Shown one piece after another: positions 43,425 through 55,415 of a DNA stretch of 64,000 bases. The notes under the pieces are model-generated. The model searched no databases and was not told where the DNA came from. It worked only from the letters and a program-made list of their open reading frames with translations. The stretch lies in assembly GCF_009914755.1 (NCBI RefSeq), contig NC_060948.1. The stretch is one strand, 5' to 3'. The position numbers and the translations under genes were made by a program. Numbering within the stretch: the stretch's first letter is position 1; each line of letters begins with the position of its first letter. The stretch is from the human T2T-CHM13v2.0 reference genome, Homo sapiens.

Positions 43425-46400
43425 AGGAGACTGGGCTCAAGTGCCCCCCAGGATTACAAAGGGGGGCAAGGACATTAAGTTTTTGGTCAATAATGGCGCT
43501 GACCATTCAGTAGTGATCACCTTGGTTGTCCTCTTAACCAAGAAAACTGTTGTTATAATCAGAGCAACAGGAGTTTCCACTAAGCAGGCTTTCTGTCTAC
43601 TGAGGACCTGCTCAGTGGGGGGACATGAAATAGTTCACCAGTTCTTGTACATACCTAACTGTCCCTTGTTTTGCTGGGAAGAGACTTGCTTAGCAAGCTG
43701 ACATCCACCATCTCCTTTACAAAACAGCACTCTTTACAGCTAAAGTTACGAGGAACAGGAGTTAACATGGCCCTTAGGGTCCCCCTGGAAGAAGAATGGA
43801 GACTTTTTCTAACTGAGACAGGCCAAGAGATAAAACCAGCTCTAGTAAGTGATGGCCCCAAGTATGGGTGGAGGATAATCCTCTGGGAGTGGCAGTCAAA
43901 CAACCCACCTTTCCCATAGAAGTTAAGCCCAGGGCCCAGTCAATTAGACAAAAGCAGTATCCACTTCTCAGAGAAGCTCTCAAAGGAATCCAGGTTCATC
44001 TCAGGCACTTGAAAGCCTATGGAATTATAGTTTCTTGCCAGTCTCCATGGTACACCCCGCTCCTGCCTGTACCTAAGCCAGGGACCAAGGACTTTCAGCT
44101 AGTACAGGACTTGTATTTGGTCAACCAAGCTACAGTGACTTTGCACTCAACAGTTCCTAACCCTTACACATTGTTAGGGCTGCTGCCAGCTGGGGACAGT
44201 TGGTTTACCTGTCTGGACTTAAAAGATGCCTTCTTTATCATCAGACTAGCTCCTGAGATTCTGAAGCTGTTTGCCTTTCAGTGGGAAGATCCAGAGTCAG
44301 GTATCACTACTCAGTGCACTTGGACCCAGCTTCCCCAAGGGTTCAAGAACTCCCCTACTATCTTTGACAGGGCTCTGGCTCGAGACCTGTAAAAGTTTCC
44401 TGCTAAAGACCAAGTCTGCATCTTGCTCCTGTACATGGATGACCTTCTGCTTGGACACTCCATGGCAGTTGGGTGTGCAAAAGGGACAGATGCCCTGCTT
44501 CAGCACCTGAAGGACTGTGGGTAAAAGTGTCCAAGAAGAAAGCTCAGATCTGCAGACAGCAGATGCTACCTGAGATTCACTGTTCAGAAAGGGGAGAACA
44601 ACCTGAGGTCAGAAAGAAATCAGGTCATCTTCAGCTTGCCAGAACCTAAAACCAGAAGGCAAGTAAGGGAATTACTAGGCCTGTGGGGTTTTGCACATTA
44701 TGGATTCCAAACTTTGCAGTACTAGCCAAGCCATTGTAGAGGGTTACAAAGGGGGATGACCGAGAGCCTCTATAAGCCCCTTTGAATGGGGGCCTCTACA
44801 ACAGAAGACTTTTGTAAGTTAAAGGAAATACTTATGTTGGCCCCAGACCTAGGACTACCAGATTTGACAAAGCCCTTTACACTGTATGTGTCTGAAAGAG
44901 AAAAAATGGCAGTTGGAGTTTTAACCCAGATTGTTGGGCCCTGGGCAGGACCAGTGGCCTATCTCTCAAAACAACTAGATGGGATTTCCAAAGCCTGGTC
45001 CCTTTGTCTAAGGGCACTGGCAGCAATGGTCCTGTTAGAACAAGAAGCAGATAAACTAACCCTTGGGCAAAATCTGAATATAAAGGCCACCCATGCTGTG
45101 ATAACTTTGATGAATACCAAAGGACATCATTGGCTAACAAATGCTAGATTAACCAAGTACCAGAGCTTACCATATGAAAATCCCTCATAAACATAGAAGT
45201 TTACAACACCCTAAATCCTGCCACCCTGCTCGCAGTAGCAGAGAGCCTGGTCAAGCATAACTGTATAGAGGTGTTGGACTCAGTTTATTCTAGCAGACCT
45301 GACCTTCAGAACCAGCCATGGGCATCAGTAGATGGGGAGTTACGTGGAAGGGAGCAGCTTCATCAACCCACAAGGAGAAAGATGTGCAGGATATGCAGTG
45401 GTAACTTTGGATGTTGTCATTGAAGCCAAACCATTGCCATGGGGCACTTCAGCCCAGAAGGCTGAGCTCATTGCTTTAACTCAGGCTCTAGAACTCAGTG
45501 AAGGTAAGAATGTAAACATCTACACTGACTCTCAATATGCCTTTCTAATCCTTCAAGTGCATGAAGCATTATATAAGGAAAAGGGTCTGTTAAACTCTGG
45601 GGGAAAGGACATAAAATATCAACAAGAAATTCTACAATTACTAGAGGCAGTGTGGAAAACTTAAGAAGGTGGCAGTCTTGCACTGCAGGGGATACCAGTA
45701 AGCCTCCATATCAGTGGCCTTAGGAAACTCTCGAGCTGATTCAGAAGCTCAAAAAGCAGCGTCTACCCCTTACCGGGCATTGGTAGCAGCTGGCCTACTC
45801 CCTCAAACACCTGACCTGGTACCTACCTATTCTAAGGAAGAAAAAGACTTCTTCCACGCAGGAGGGGGCCAAGTAATAAAAGAAGGATGGATCAGACTGC
45901 CAGATGGGTGTATAGCTGTGCCACAGTTGCTGGGAGCCACAGTCATACTGGCCATGCATGAAACCACTCATCTAGGTCAAGAGTCACTTGAAAAGTTGTT
46001 AGGCCAGTACTTCTACATCTCACACTTGCCAGCCTTTGCCAAAACAGTAGCACAACAGTGCATTACTTGCCAATAGCACTATGCGAGGCAAAGCCCCATG
46101 GTTCTGCCTGGCATATAAGCTTATGGAGCAGCTCCTTTTGAGGATCTTCAGGTGGATTTCACAGAAATGTCAGAATGTAGAGTTAACAAGTATTTGCTGG
46201 TTTATGTGTGTACTTACTCCCGGTGAGTGGAGGCTTATACAACATGAACTGAAAAGGCCTATGAGGTAACCTGTGTACTTCTCTGAGATCTTATTCCTAG
46301 GTTTGGACTGCCCTTATGAATCAGCTTAGATAATGGGCCAGCATTTGTGGCTGACTTAGTACAGAGGACAGCAAAGACATTAGGAACCACTTGGAAGCTA

Positions 46401-46519
46401 CATGCCACCTACAAACCTCAGAGTTCTGGAAAGATGGAGCAAATGAATCGGACTATCAAAACTAATTTAGGGAAAGTATGACAGGAAATAGGATGAAAGT
46501 GGATATAGGCCCTTCCTAT
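43425..46519 (+). pseudogene. pol: HERV-E pro-pol, 5' part (protease, RT, RNase H, N-terminal integrase), disrupted
   Basis: FLVNNGA (decayed DTGA), LDLKDAFF, LPQGFKNSP, YMDD at 44432-44443, SAQKAELIAL/NIYTDSQY, HETTH...CITC. Confidence 0.93.
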
Positions 46520-47787
46520 GGAGAGGTGACAGCTTGCTGGCAGCCCTCACAGCCCTTGCTTGCTCTTGGCACCTCCTCAGCCTTGGTGCCCACTCTGGCC
46601 ATACTTGAGGATCCCTTCAGCCCACTGCTGCACTGTGGAAGCCCTTTCCTGGGCTGCCCAAGGCCAGAGCCGGTTCCCTCAGCTTATGGGGAACTGTGGA
46701 GGGAGAAGCATGGGCAGAAACTGGGGCTGCGAGTGACACTTGCAGGCCAGCATGAGTTCCAAGTGGCCGTGGGCTCTGCAGGCCTCACACTTGGAGCAGC
46801 CGCCCAGCCCGCAAGCCCCAGGCAGTGAGGGGCTTAGCACTGGGCCAGCAGCTGCTGTGCTCGACTTCTCACTGGGCATTACCTGCCTCCCCACAGGGCA
46901 GGGCTCAGGACCTGCAGCCTGCCATGCCTGAGCTTCTCCCTGCTATGGGCTCCTGCGCAGTCTGAGCCTCCCCAACAAACACCGCTCCCTGCTCCATGGT
47001 GCCCAGTCCCATTGAACACCCAAGGGCTGAGAAGTGTGGGCGCACAGTGTGAGACTGGCAGGCAGCTCCACCTCTGGCCCCGGTGTGGGATCCACTGTGT
47101 GAAGCCAGCTGGGCTCCTGAGTCTGGTGGGGACTTGGAGAATCTTTATGTCTAGCTAAGGGATTGTAAATACACCAATTGGCACTCTGTATCTAGCTCAA
47201 GGTTTGTAAACACACCAATCAGCACCTTGTGTCCAGCTCAGGGTTTGTGAATGCACCAATCAACACGCCGTATCTAGTTACTCTAGTGGGGAAATGGAGA
47301 ACTTTTGTGTCTAGCTCGGATGGTAAATGCACCAATCAGCACCCTGTCAAAATGGACCAGTCAGCTGTCTGTAAAACAGACCAATTGGCTCTCTGTAAAA
47401 TGGACCAATAAGCAGGATGTGGGTAGGGCCAGATAAGAGAATAAAAGCAGGCTGCCTGAGCCAGCAGTGGCAACCTGCTGGCTGGGGTCCCCTTCCACAA
47501 TGTGGAAGCTTTGTTCTTTCGCTCTTTGCAATCAATCTTGCTGCTGCTCACTCTTTGTGTCCACATGACCTTTATGAGCTGTAACACTCACCGCAAAGGT
47601 CTGCAGCCTCACTCCTGAGCCAGCAAGACCAGGAACACACCATAAGGAAGAAACTCTGAATACATCCAAACCTCAGAAGGAACAAACTCTGGACATGCCG
47701 TCTTTAAGAACTCTAACACTCACCACAACGGTCTGCAGCTTCATGCTTGAAGTCAGTGAGACCAAGAACTTACCAATTCCAGACACA
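46520..47787 (+). repeat. HERV9 5' LTR (LTR12 family)
   Basis: (G)GAGAGGTGACAGC...CCAATTCCAGACACA. GC-rich U3 with a tandem CCAAT array. Confidence 0.95.
47145..47450 (+). promoter_or_regulatory. LTR12 U3 enhancer/promoter repeats (CCAAT units, GATA, AATAAAA TATA-like box)
   Basis: Repeated CTAGCTCA.GGTTTGTAAA..CACCAATC units, then CAGATAAG and GAATAAAAG. ERV9 LTRs are known NF-Y/GATA-bound promoters. Equivalent region at ~54270-54570. Confidence 0.75.
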
Positions 47788-47790
47788 CTT

Positions 47791-47808
47791 TGGCAACCAC
47801 GAAGGGAC
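47791..47808 (+). promoter_or_regulatory. Primer-binding site, tRNA-Arg
   Basis: TGGCAACCACGAAGGGAC, one CpG-type mismatch from TGGCGACCACGAAGGGAC. Confidence 0.9.
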
Positions 47809-48997
47809 CATCACCTATTGCCAAGGGGTGAGACTATATCTGAGCAGTGAGACCATCACCTATCACTGAAAGGCATGACTGTCACTTATCACCAAGCAGT
47901 GAGTACCATTGGACCCCTTTCGCTTGCTATTCTGTCCTATTTTTCCTTAGAATTTGGGGGCTAAATACCGGGCATCTGTATCCAGTTAAAAGTGATTAGC
48001 ATGGCCACCAGACTAAAGACATGGGTGTCAGGCTTTCTGGGAAAGTGGTTTCCTAGAACCAGCTTCCGCTTTTCCTGTACTTCTGGGTTGAGCTGAGAGT
48101 CGACAGAAAGGGAAGCCATGCAGCTCCGGGGTCCAAACAACAAGTTCGTTGACCCTGCAGCCATGAGCAGAACTCTCAAAGGCATGTCACCCAAGCGAGA
48201 CTTGACCATCTATCCTATCTATCCTAACCCTTGCCTCCTGGGTCCTAATGCCTGCCAGGCAAACTTCCTCTTGCCTCTCTTCTCTGAGGTTAGTCTCACT
48301 TCTAAAAATTGCTACCTGTGTCTTGTGTTTTCTAGTTTCCCCTATAAGAATGATTTCCAGTATAAACTCCAGGACTCTGTTACCTTTTTAGGCACTTGGG
48401 CTCACCAATCATAAAGACATAATTTTTGCCCAAAGCCCCATCATAGTGGGGACTACCTGGAATTTTAGGATCCCTCCTCAGACTAACAGGCCTAACAAAA
48501 GCTACTCCTGAACCTAGGATATGGGGAGCCTCAGAAATTGTATCCTTCCTATTCATATAAGTGAGGCAAAAGGTGTCACTCTTCCAACCCTGGAGATCCC
48601 TTCCCTCCCTCAGGGTACGGCCCTCCACTTCATTTTTGGGGCATAACACCTGTATAGGACACGGGTAAAGTCCCAATGTCAACAGGAGAATGCTTAGGAC
48701 TCTAACAGTTTTTTGAGAATGCATTGGTAAGGGCCACTGAATCCAATTTATCTCAGTCACTCCTCCTTGTGGTCTAGGAGAACAGGCAAAGGTGCAGGTT
48801 TTCCAGAATCCATTGGTAAGAGCCACTAAATCCGACCTTTCTCAGTCCTCCATGTGGTCTGGGAGGAAAACTAGTGTTTCTGCTGCTGCGTCAGTGAGCG
48901 CAACTATTATGATCAGCAGGGTCCAGGGGCCGTTGTGGGTTCCTGAGCAGGGGGAGAAACAAAACAAACCAAAACTACAGGCGGTTTTGTCTTTCAG

Positions 48998-50441
48998 ATG
49001 GGAAACAGGTATCAACAGGCTCACCCTTGAAATGCATTCTAAGCCATTGGGACCAATTTAACCCACAAACCCTGAAAAAGTGGTGGCTCATTTTTTTCTG
49101 CACTACGACTTGGCCCCAATATTCTCTCTGATGGGGAAAAATGGCCACCTTAGGGAAGTATAAATTACAATAGTATCCTGCAGCTTGACCTTTTCTGTAA
49201 GAGGAAAGGCAAATGGAGTGAAATACCTTATGTCCAAACTTTCTTTTCATTAAGGGAGAATACACAACTATGCAAAGCTTATAATTTACATCCCACAGGA
49301 GGACCTCTCAGCTTACCCTCATATTCTAGCCTCCCTATAGCTTCCTTTTCTATAAATGACAATCCTCCTCTAATCTCCCCTGCCCAGAAGGAAATAAGCA
49401 AAGAAATCTCCAAAGGACCACAAAAACACCCGGGCTGTTGGTTATGTCCCCTTCAATCTGTAGGGGGAGGGGAATTTGGCCCAACCCCGGTACATGTCCC
49501 CTTCTCCCTCTCTGACTTAAAACAGATCAAGGCAGACCTCGGGGAAGTTTTCAGATGATCCTGATAGGTACATAGATGTCCTACAGGGTCTAGGGCAAAC
49601 CTTCAACCTTGCTTGGAGAGATGTCATGCTACTGTTAGATCAAACCTTGGCCTTTAATGAAAAAAATGTGGCTTTAGTTGCAGCCTGAGAGCTTGGAGAT
49701 ACCTGGTATCTTAGTCAAGGAAATAATAGAATGACAGCTGAAGAAAAGGACAAATTCCCTACCAGTCAGCAAGCCATCCCCAGTATGGATCCCCACTGGG
49801 ACCTTAACTCAGATCATGGGAACTGGATTCATAAACTTCTGTTGACCTATGTTCTAGAAGGACAAAGGAGAATTAGAAAAAGCCCATAAATTAGTCAATG
49901 ATGTCCACCATAACTCAGGGAAAGGAAGAAAATGCTTCCTTCCTCAAGCGGCTATGAGAGGCCCTAAGAAAATATACTCTCCTGTCACCCGAATCACTGG
50001 AGGGTCAATTGATTCTAAAACATATGTTTATTACCCAATCAGCCACAGATATCAGAAGAAAGCTCCAAAAGAAAGTCCTGGACCATGAACAAAATCTAGA
50101 GGCATTATTAAACCTGGCAACCTCGGTGTTCTATAATAGGGACCAAGAGGAACAGGACCAAAAGGAAAAGTGAGATCAGAGAAAGGCCGCAGCATGGCCC
50201 TAAGACAAACAAACCTTGGTGGTTCAGAGAGGACAGAAAATGGAGCAGGCCAATCACCCAGTAGGATTTGTTATCAGTATGGTTTACTAGGACACTTTTA
50301 AAAGAAAGTCCAATGAGAAACAAGCTGCCCCCTCCTCCATGTCCACTATGCTGAGGCAATCACTGGAAGGTGCACTGCCCCAGAGGATGAAGTTTCCCTG
50401 GGTCAGAAGCCCCCAACCAGATGATCCAACAACAGGACTGA
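48998..50441 (+). pseudogene. gag: HERV9 gag, disrupted
   Basis: ATGGGAAAC start, SILQLDLFCKRKGKWSEIPYVQ, VHVPFSLSDLKQIK, ends CAGGACTGA. Multiple stops and frameshifts. Confidence 0.88.
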
Positions 50442-52640
50442 GGGTGCCTGGGGCAAGCACCAACTCATGTCATCACCCTCACTGAGCCCCGGGTATGTTT
50501 AACTATTGAGGGCCAGGAAATTGACTTCCTCCTGGACACTGGTGCAGCCTTCTCCGTGGTAATCTCCTGTCCTGGACGACTGTCCTCAAGGTCCGTTACC
50601 ATCTGGGGAGTCCTGGGACAGCCTGTAACCAGGTATTTCTCCCACCTCCTCAGTTGTAATTGGGAGACTGATCTTTTCACATGCCTGTCTTGTTATGCCT
50701 GAAAGTCTGACACCCTTATGAGGGAGGGACATATTAGCCAAGGCTGGAGCTATTATCTACATGAATATGGGGACAAGTTACCCATTTGTTGCCCCCTACT
50801 TGAGGAGGGAATCAACCCTGAAGTCTGGGCATTGGAAGGACAATTTGGAAGGGCAAAAAATGCCCACCCAGTCCAAATCAGGTTAAAAGATCCTATCACT
50901 TTTCCTTATAAAAGGCAATATCCCTTAAGGCCTGAAGCTCATAAAGGATTACCGAATATTGTTAAAACTTTGAAAGCTCAAGTCTTAGTAAAGAAATGCA
51001 GCAGTCCCTGCAACAACCCAATTCTGGGAGTACAATAACCGAACGGTTAGTGGAGACTAGTGCAAGATCTTAGACTCATGAATGAGGCAGTAATTCCTCT
51101 ATATCCAGTTGTACCAAACCCCTATACCCTGCTCTCTCAAATACCAGAAGAAGCAAAATGGTTCACGGTTCTGGACCTCAAGGTGGCCTTCTTCTGTATT
51201 TCCCTGCACTCTTACTCCCAGTTTTTCTTTGCCTTTGAGGATCCCACAGACCACACATCCCAACTTACATGGACGGTCTTGCCCCAAAGGTTTAGGGATA
51301 GATCTCACCTCTTTGGTCAGGCACTGGCCCAAAATCTAGGCCACTTCTCAAGTCCAGGCATTTTGGCCCTTCAATATGTGGATGATTTACTGTTGGCTAC
51401 CAGTTCAGAAGCCTCATGCCAGCAGGCTGCTCTCGATCTCTTGAACTTTCTAGCTAATCAAGGGTACAAGGTGTCTAGGTTGAAGGCCCAGGTTTCCCTA
51501 CAGCAGGTCAAATATCTAGGCCTAATAGCCAGAGAGACCAGGGCCTTCAGCAAGAAATGAATGCAGCCTATACTGGCTTACCCTTTCCCTAAGACATTAA
51601 AACAGTTGCGGGTGTTCCTGGAATTACCGGCTTTTGCTGACTATGGATCCCCGGATGCAGGGAGATATCCATGCCCCTCTACACTCTAATCAAGGAAACC
51701 CAGAAGGCAAATACTCATCTAGTAGAATGGGAACCAGAGGCAGAAACAGCCTTCAAAACCTTAAAGCAGGCCCTAGTACAAGCTCTAGTTTTAAGCCTTC
51801 CCACAGGACAAAACTTCTCTTTATACATCACAGAGAGAGCTGGGATAGCTCCTGGAGTCCTTACTCAGACTCAGGGGACAACCCTACAACCAGTGGCATA
51901 CCTAAGTAAGGAAATTGATGTAGTGGCAAAAGGCTGGCCTCACTGTTTAAGGGCAGTTGCAGCAGTGGCTGTGTTAGTGTCACAGGCTATTCAAAATAAT
52001 ACAAGGAAAGGATCTCACTGTCTGGACTACTCATGATGTAAATGGCATGCTAGGTGCCAAAAGAAGTTTATGGCTATCAGACAACCGCCTACTTAGATAC
52101 CAAGTGCTACTCTTTGACGGACTGGTGCTTCAAATATGCACATTGATGGCCCTCATCCCTGCCACTTTTCTCCCAGAGGATGGGAAGCCAATCGAGCATG
52201 ACTGCCAACAAATTGTAGTCCAGACTTATGCTGCCCAAGATGATCTCTTAGAAGTCCCCTTAACTAATCCTGAGCTTAACCTATATACCGATGGAAGTTC
52301 ATCTGTGGAAAATGGGATATGAGGGGCAGGTTACACCATAGTTAGTGATGTAACCATACTTGAAAGTAAGCCTCTTCCCCCAGGAACCAGTGCCCAGTTA
52401 AGAGAACTAGTGGCACCTACCCGAGACTTAGAACTGGAAAAGAAAAAAAGAATAAATGTGTATACAGATTGCAAGTATGCTCATCTAATCCTACATGCCC
52501 ATGCTGCAATATGGAAAGAGAGGGAGTTCCTAGCCTCTGGGGGAACCCCCATTAAATACCCCAAGGAAATTATGGAGTTATTGCATGCCATACAAAAACC
52601 CTAGGAGGTGGGAGTCTTATACTGCAAAAGCCATGCAAAT
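50442..52640 (+). pseudogene. pol: HERV9 pro-pol (protease, RT, RNase H; no integrase seen), disrupted
   Basis: FLLDTGA at ~50526, VLDLKVAFF, YVDD at 51375-51386, LYTDGSS, NVYTDCKY. Confidence 0.93.
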
Positions 52641-52955
52641 GGGAAGGAGAGGGGAGAACAGCAACATTAGCAGCTGGCAGAGGTAGGGAAAAACCAGTAA
52701 GAAGGAAAGAGAGAAAGAGAAAGTCAGAGACAGAGAGAGGAAGAAACAGAGAAGAAGAGACAGAGAGACAGAAAGTAAAGTAAGGAAAGAGAGGAAGAAA
52801 CTAAAGGGGAGTCAGAGAGAAAGAGAGAGACAAAGATGGAGTCAGAGAGAAAGAGAGGCAGATACAGAAAGTTGGAGAGTCAGAAAGAGAGGAGGAATCA
52901 AAGAAGAAGTCAAAGAGAAAGAAAGAGAGATGGAAGTAGTAAAGAGGAAAACAGT
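52640..52955 (+). repeat. GA-rich polypurine low-complexity tract inside HERV9
   Basis: AGAGAAAGAGAAAGTCAGAGACAGAGAGAGG-type units, almost all purine. Confidence 0.9.
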
Positions 52956-52984
52956 GGACCCTATTCCTTTAAAAGCCAGGGTAA

Positions 52985-53600
52985 AGTTCTGTCTACTCAG
53001 CCAGGGCATATTCTGCTCATGTGGATCTTCAACCCATATCTGCCACTCAAGGCAGTTTGCAAGAAATAACGAAATCCATTTTTAATTTACAGTCCCAAAT
53101 AGACTCGTTGGCAGTAGTGACTCTCCAAAACTGCTGAGGCCTAGAGCTCTTCACTGCTGAGAAAGGAGGACTGTGCACATTCTTAGGGGAAGAGTGTTGT
53201 TTTCACACTAACCAGTTGGGGATAGTACAAGATGTGGCCCGGTATTTACAGGAAAAGGCTTCTGAAATCAGATAATGCCTTTCAAACTCTTATACCAACC
53301 TCTGGAGCTGGGCAACGTGGCTTCTCCCCTTTCTAGTTCCTGTGGCAGCCATCTTGCTGTTACTTGCCTTTGGACCCTTTATTTTTAACCTTGTCAAATT
53401 TGTTTCCTCTAGAATAGAGGTCATCAAGTTACAGATGTTCTTACAAATGGAACCCCAAATGAATTCAACTAGCAACTTCTACTGAGGAACCCCGTACCAA
53501 CCCACTGGCACTTTTACTGGCCTAGAGAGTTCCCCTGTGGAGGACACTACAACTGCAGGGCCCCTTGTTTGCCCCTATCCAGCAGGAAGCAGCTAGAGCA
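52985..53600 (+). pseudogene. env: HERV9 env remnant (mostly TM)
   Basis: [38 protein letters not shown] (immunosuppressive domain plus CX6CC at ~53123-53203), then a hydrophobic anchor. Confidence 0.88.
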
Positions 53601-53654
53601 GTCATTGGCCAAATTCTCAATAGCAGTTGGGGTGTCCTGTTTAGAGGGGGGGAT

Positions 53655-54905
53655 TGAGAGGTGACAGCATGCTAGCAGCCCTCACAGCCCTCACTCACTC
53701 TCAGCACCTCCTCAGCCTTGGAACTCACTCTGGCCATGCTTGAGGAGCCCTTCAGCCCATGGCTGCACTGTGGGAGCCCCTTCCTGGACTGGCTGAGGCC
53801 AGAGCCGGTTCCCTCAGCTTATGGGGAACTGTGGAGGGAGAAGCATGGGCAGAAACTGGGGCTGCGAGTGGCACTTGCAGGTCAGCATGAGTTCCAAGTG
53901 GCTGTGGGCTCTGCAGGCCTCACACTTGGAGCAGCCGCCCGGCCCGCAAGCCCCAGCCAGTGAGGGGCTTAGCACTGGGCCAGCAGCTGCTGTGCTCGAA
54001 TTCTCACCGGGCCATAGCTGCCTCCCCATGGGGCAGGGCTTGGAACCTGCAGCCCACCATGTCTGTGTCTCTCCCACCACTGTGGGCTTCTGCATGGCCC
54101 AAGCCTCCCCGATGAGCACTACTCTCTGCTCCACAGTGCCCAGTCCCATTGAACACCCAAGGGCTGAGGAGTGTGGGCGCACAGCTTGGGACAGGAAGGC
54201 AGCTCCATCTGTGGCCCTGGTGTGGGATCCACTGGGCTCCTGAGTCTGGTGGGGACTTGGAGAATCTTTATGTATAGCTAAGGGATTGTAAATACACCAA
54301 TTGGCACTCTGTACCTAGCTCAAGGTTTGTAAACACATCAATCAGCATCCTGTGTCTAACTCAGCATTTGTGAATGCACCAATCGACACTCTGTATTTAG
54401 CTACTCTAGTGGGGACGTGGAGAACTTTTGTGTCTAGCTCAGGGATTGTAAACACACCAACCAACACCCTGTCAAAATGAACCAATTAGCTCTCTGTAAA
54501 ACAGACCAGTCGGCTCTCTGTAAAATGGACCAATCAGCAGGATGTGAGTGGGGCTGGATAAAAGAATAAAACAGGCTGCCTGGGCCAGCAGTGGCAATCC
54601 ACTGGAGTCCCCTTCCACACTGTGGAAGCTTTGTTCTTTCATTCTTTGCAATAAATATTGCTACTGCTCACTCTTTGGGTCCACACTGCCTTTATGAGCT
54701 GTAACACTCACTGCAAAGGTCTGCAGCTTCACTCCTGAGCCAGCAAGACAAGGAACCCACCAGAAGGAAGAAACTCTGAACACACCCGAACTCAGAAAGA
54801 AAAAACTCCGACACGCCACCTTTAAGAACTGTAACACTCACCGTGAGGGTCCATGGCTTCATTCTTGAAGTCAGTGAGACCAAGAACCCAACAATTCCGG
54901 ACACA
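53655..54905 (+). repeat. HERV9 3' LTR (LTR12 family)
   Basis: TGAGAGGTGACAGC...AATTCCGGACACA, AATAAA at 54650-54655. Confidence 0.96.
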
Positions 54906-54909
54906 GTAT

Positions 54910-55393
54910 GGTATTGCTTAAAATAAGACACACCCCTTCTAAGAAAACAGGATAATGCCCTTATGAAATACTGTATCATAGGCCTCCTCCTATACTATGG
55001 GGAATTCCAGGCAGTCCCTGAGAGTTAGGTGGAATTGAATTACAGCGACAGCCACAGGCTTTGGGGAAAATTACACAGACAATCTCAACTTGGGCAAATG
55101 AGAGGTGTCCCATCAGCTTATTCTCTCCAGTTCACCCTTTCTCTCCAAGTGATCACATGTGGATCAAGGACTGGAACGCAGCCCCTTTGCGGCCATGGTG
55201 GAAAGGACCTCAGACCATCATCCTGACCACCCCCACGGCTGCAAAGATAGAAGGAATCCCAGCATGGATCCACCACAGCTGTGTGAAACCTGCAGCCAAT
55301 GAAACCTGGGAGGCAAAACCGAGCCCAGACAACCCCTGCAAAGTGACTCTGAGGAGGACGACAAGCCCTGTTCCAGTCACACCCAGAAGCTGA
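54910..55393 (+). pseudogene. pol: HERV-E integrase C-terminal part (continuation of 43425-46519)
   Basis: ...ALP|MVLLKIRHTP rejoins across the insert. PYEILY, HPFSPSDHMWIK, PWWKGPQTIILTTPTAAKIEGIPAWIHHS. Confidence 0.92.
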
Positions 55394-55415
55394 CTGGTCT
55401 ACGCATGGCTGAAGC

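Larger units (their letters stand above)
46520..54905 (+). mobile_element. HERV9/ERV9 (LTR12) provirus, inner element, ~8.4 kb
   Basis: Paired 1.25-kb LTR12s, tRNA-Arg PBS, gag-pro-pol, env remnant, polypurine tract AGAGGGGGGGA (53643-53653). Imperfect TSD CTAT(G)/GTAT(G). Confidence 0.95.

Noticed and set aside
43868-44392. RT ORF as a functional reverse transcriptase (also 51060..51560)
   Set aside because: Fragments only. The first stops before YMDD. The second has altered catalytic-region motifs (LDLKV, LPQR) and is bounded by stops.
47145-47410. Regularly spaced repeats resembling a CRISPR array (also 47806-47905)
   Set aside because: Contiguous degenerate ERV9 LTR and leader repeats with no unique spacers, no cas genes, and a primate context.
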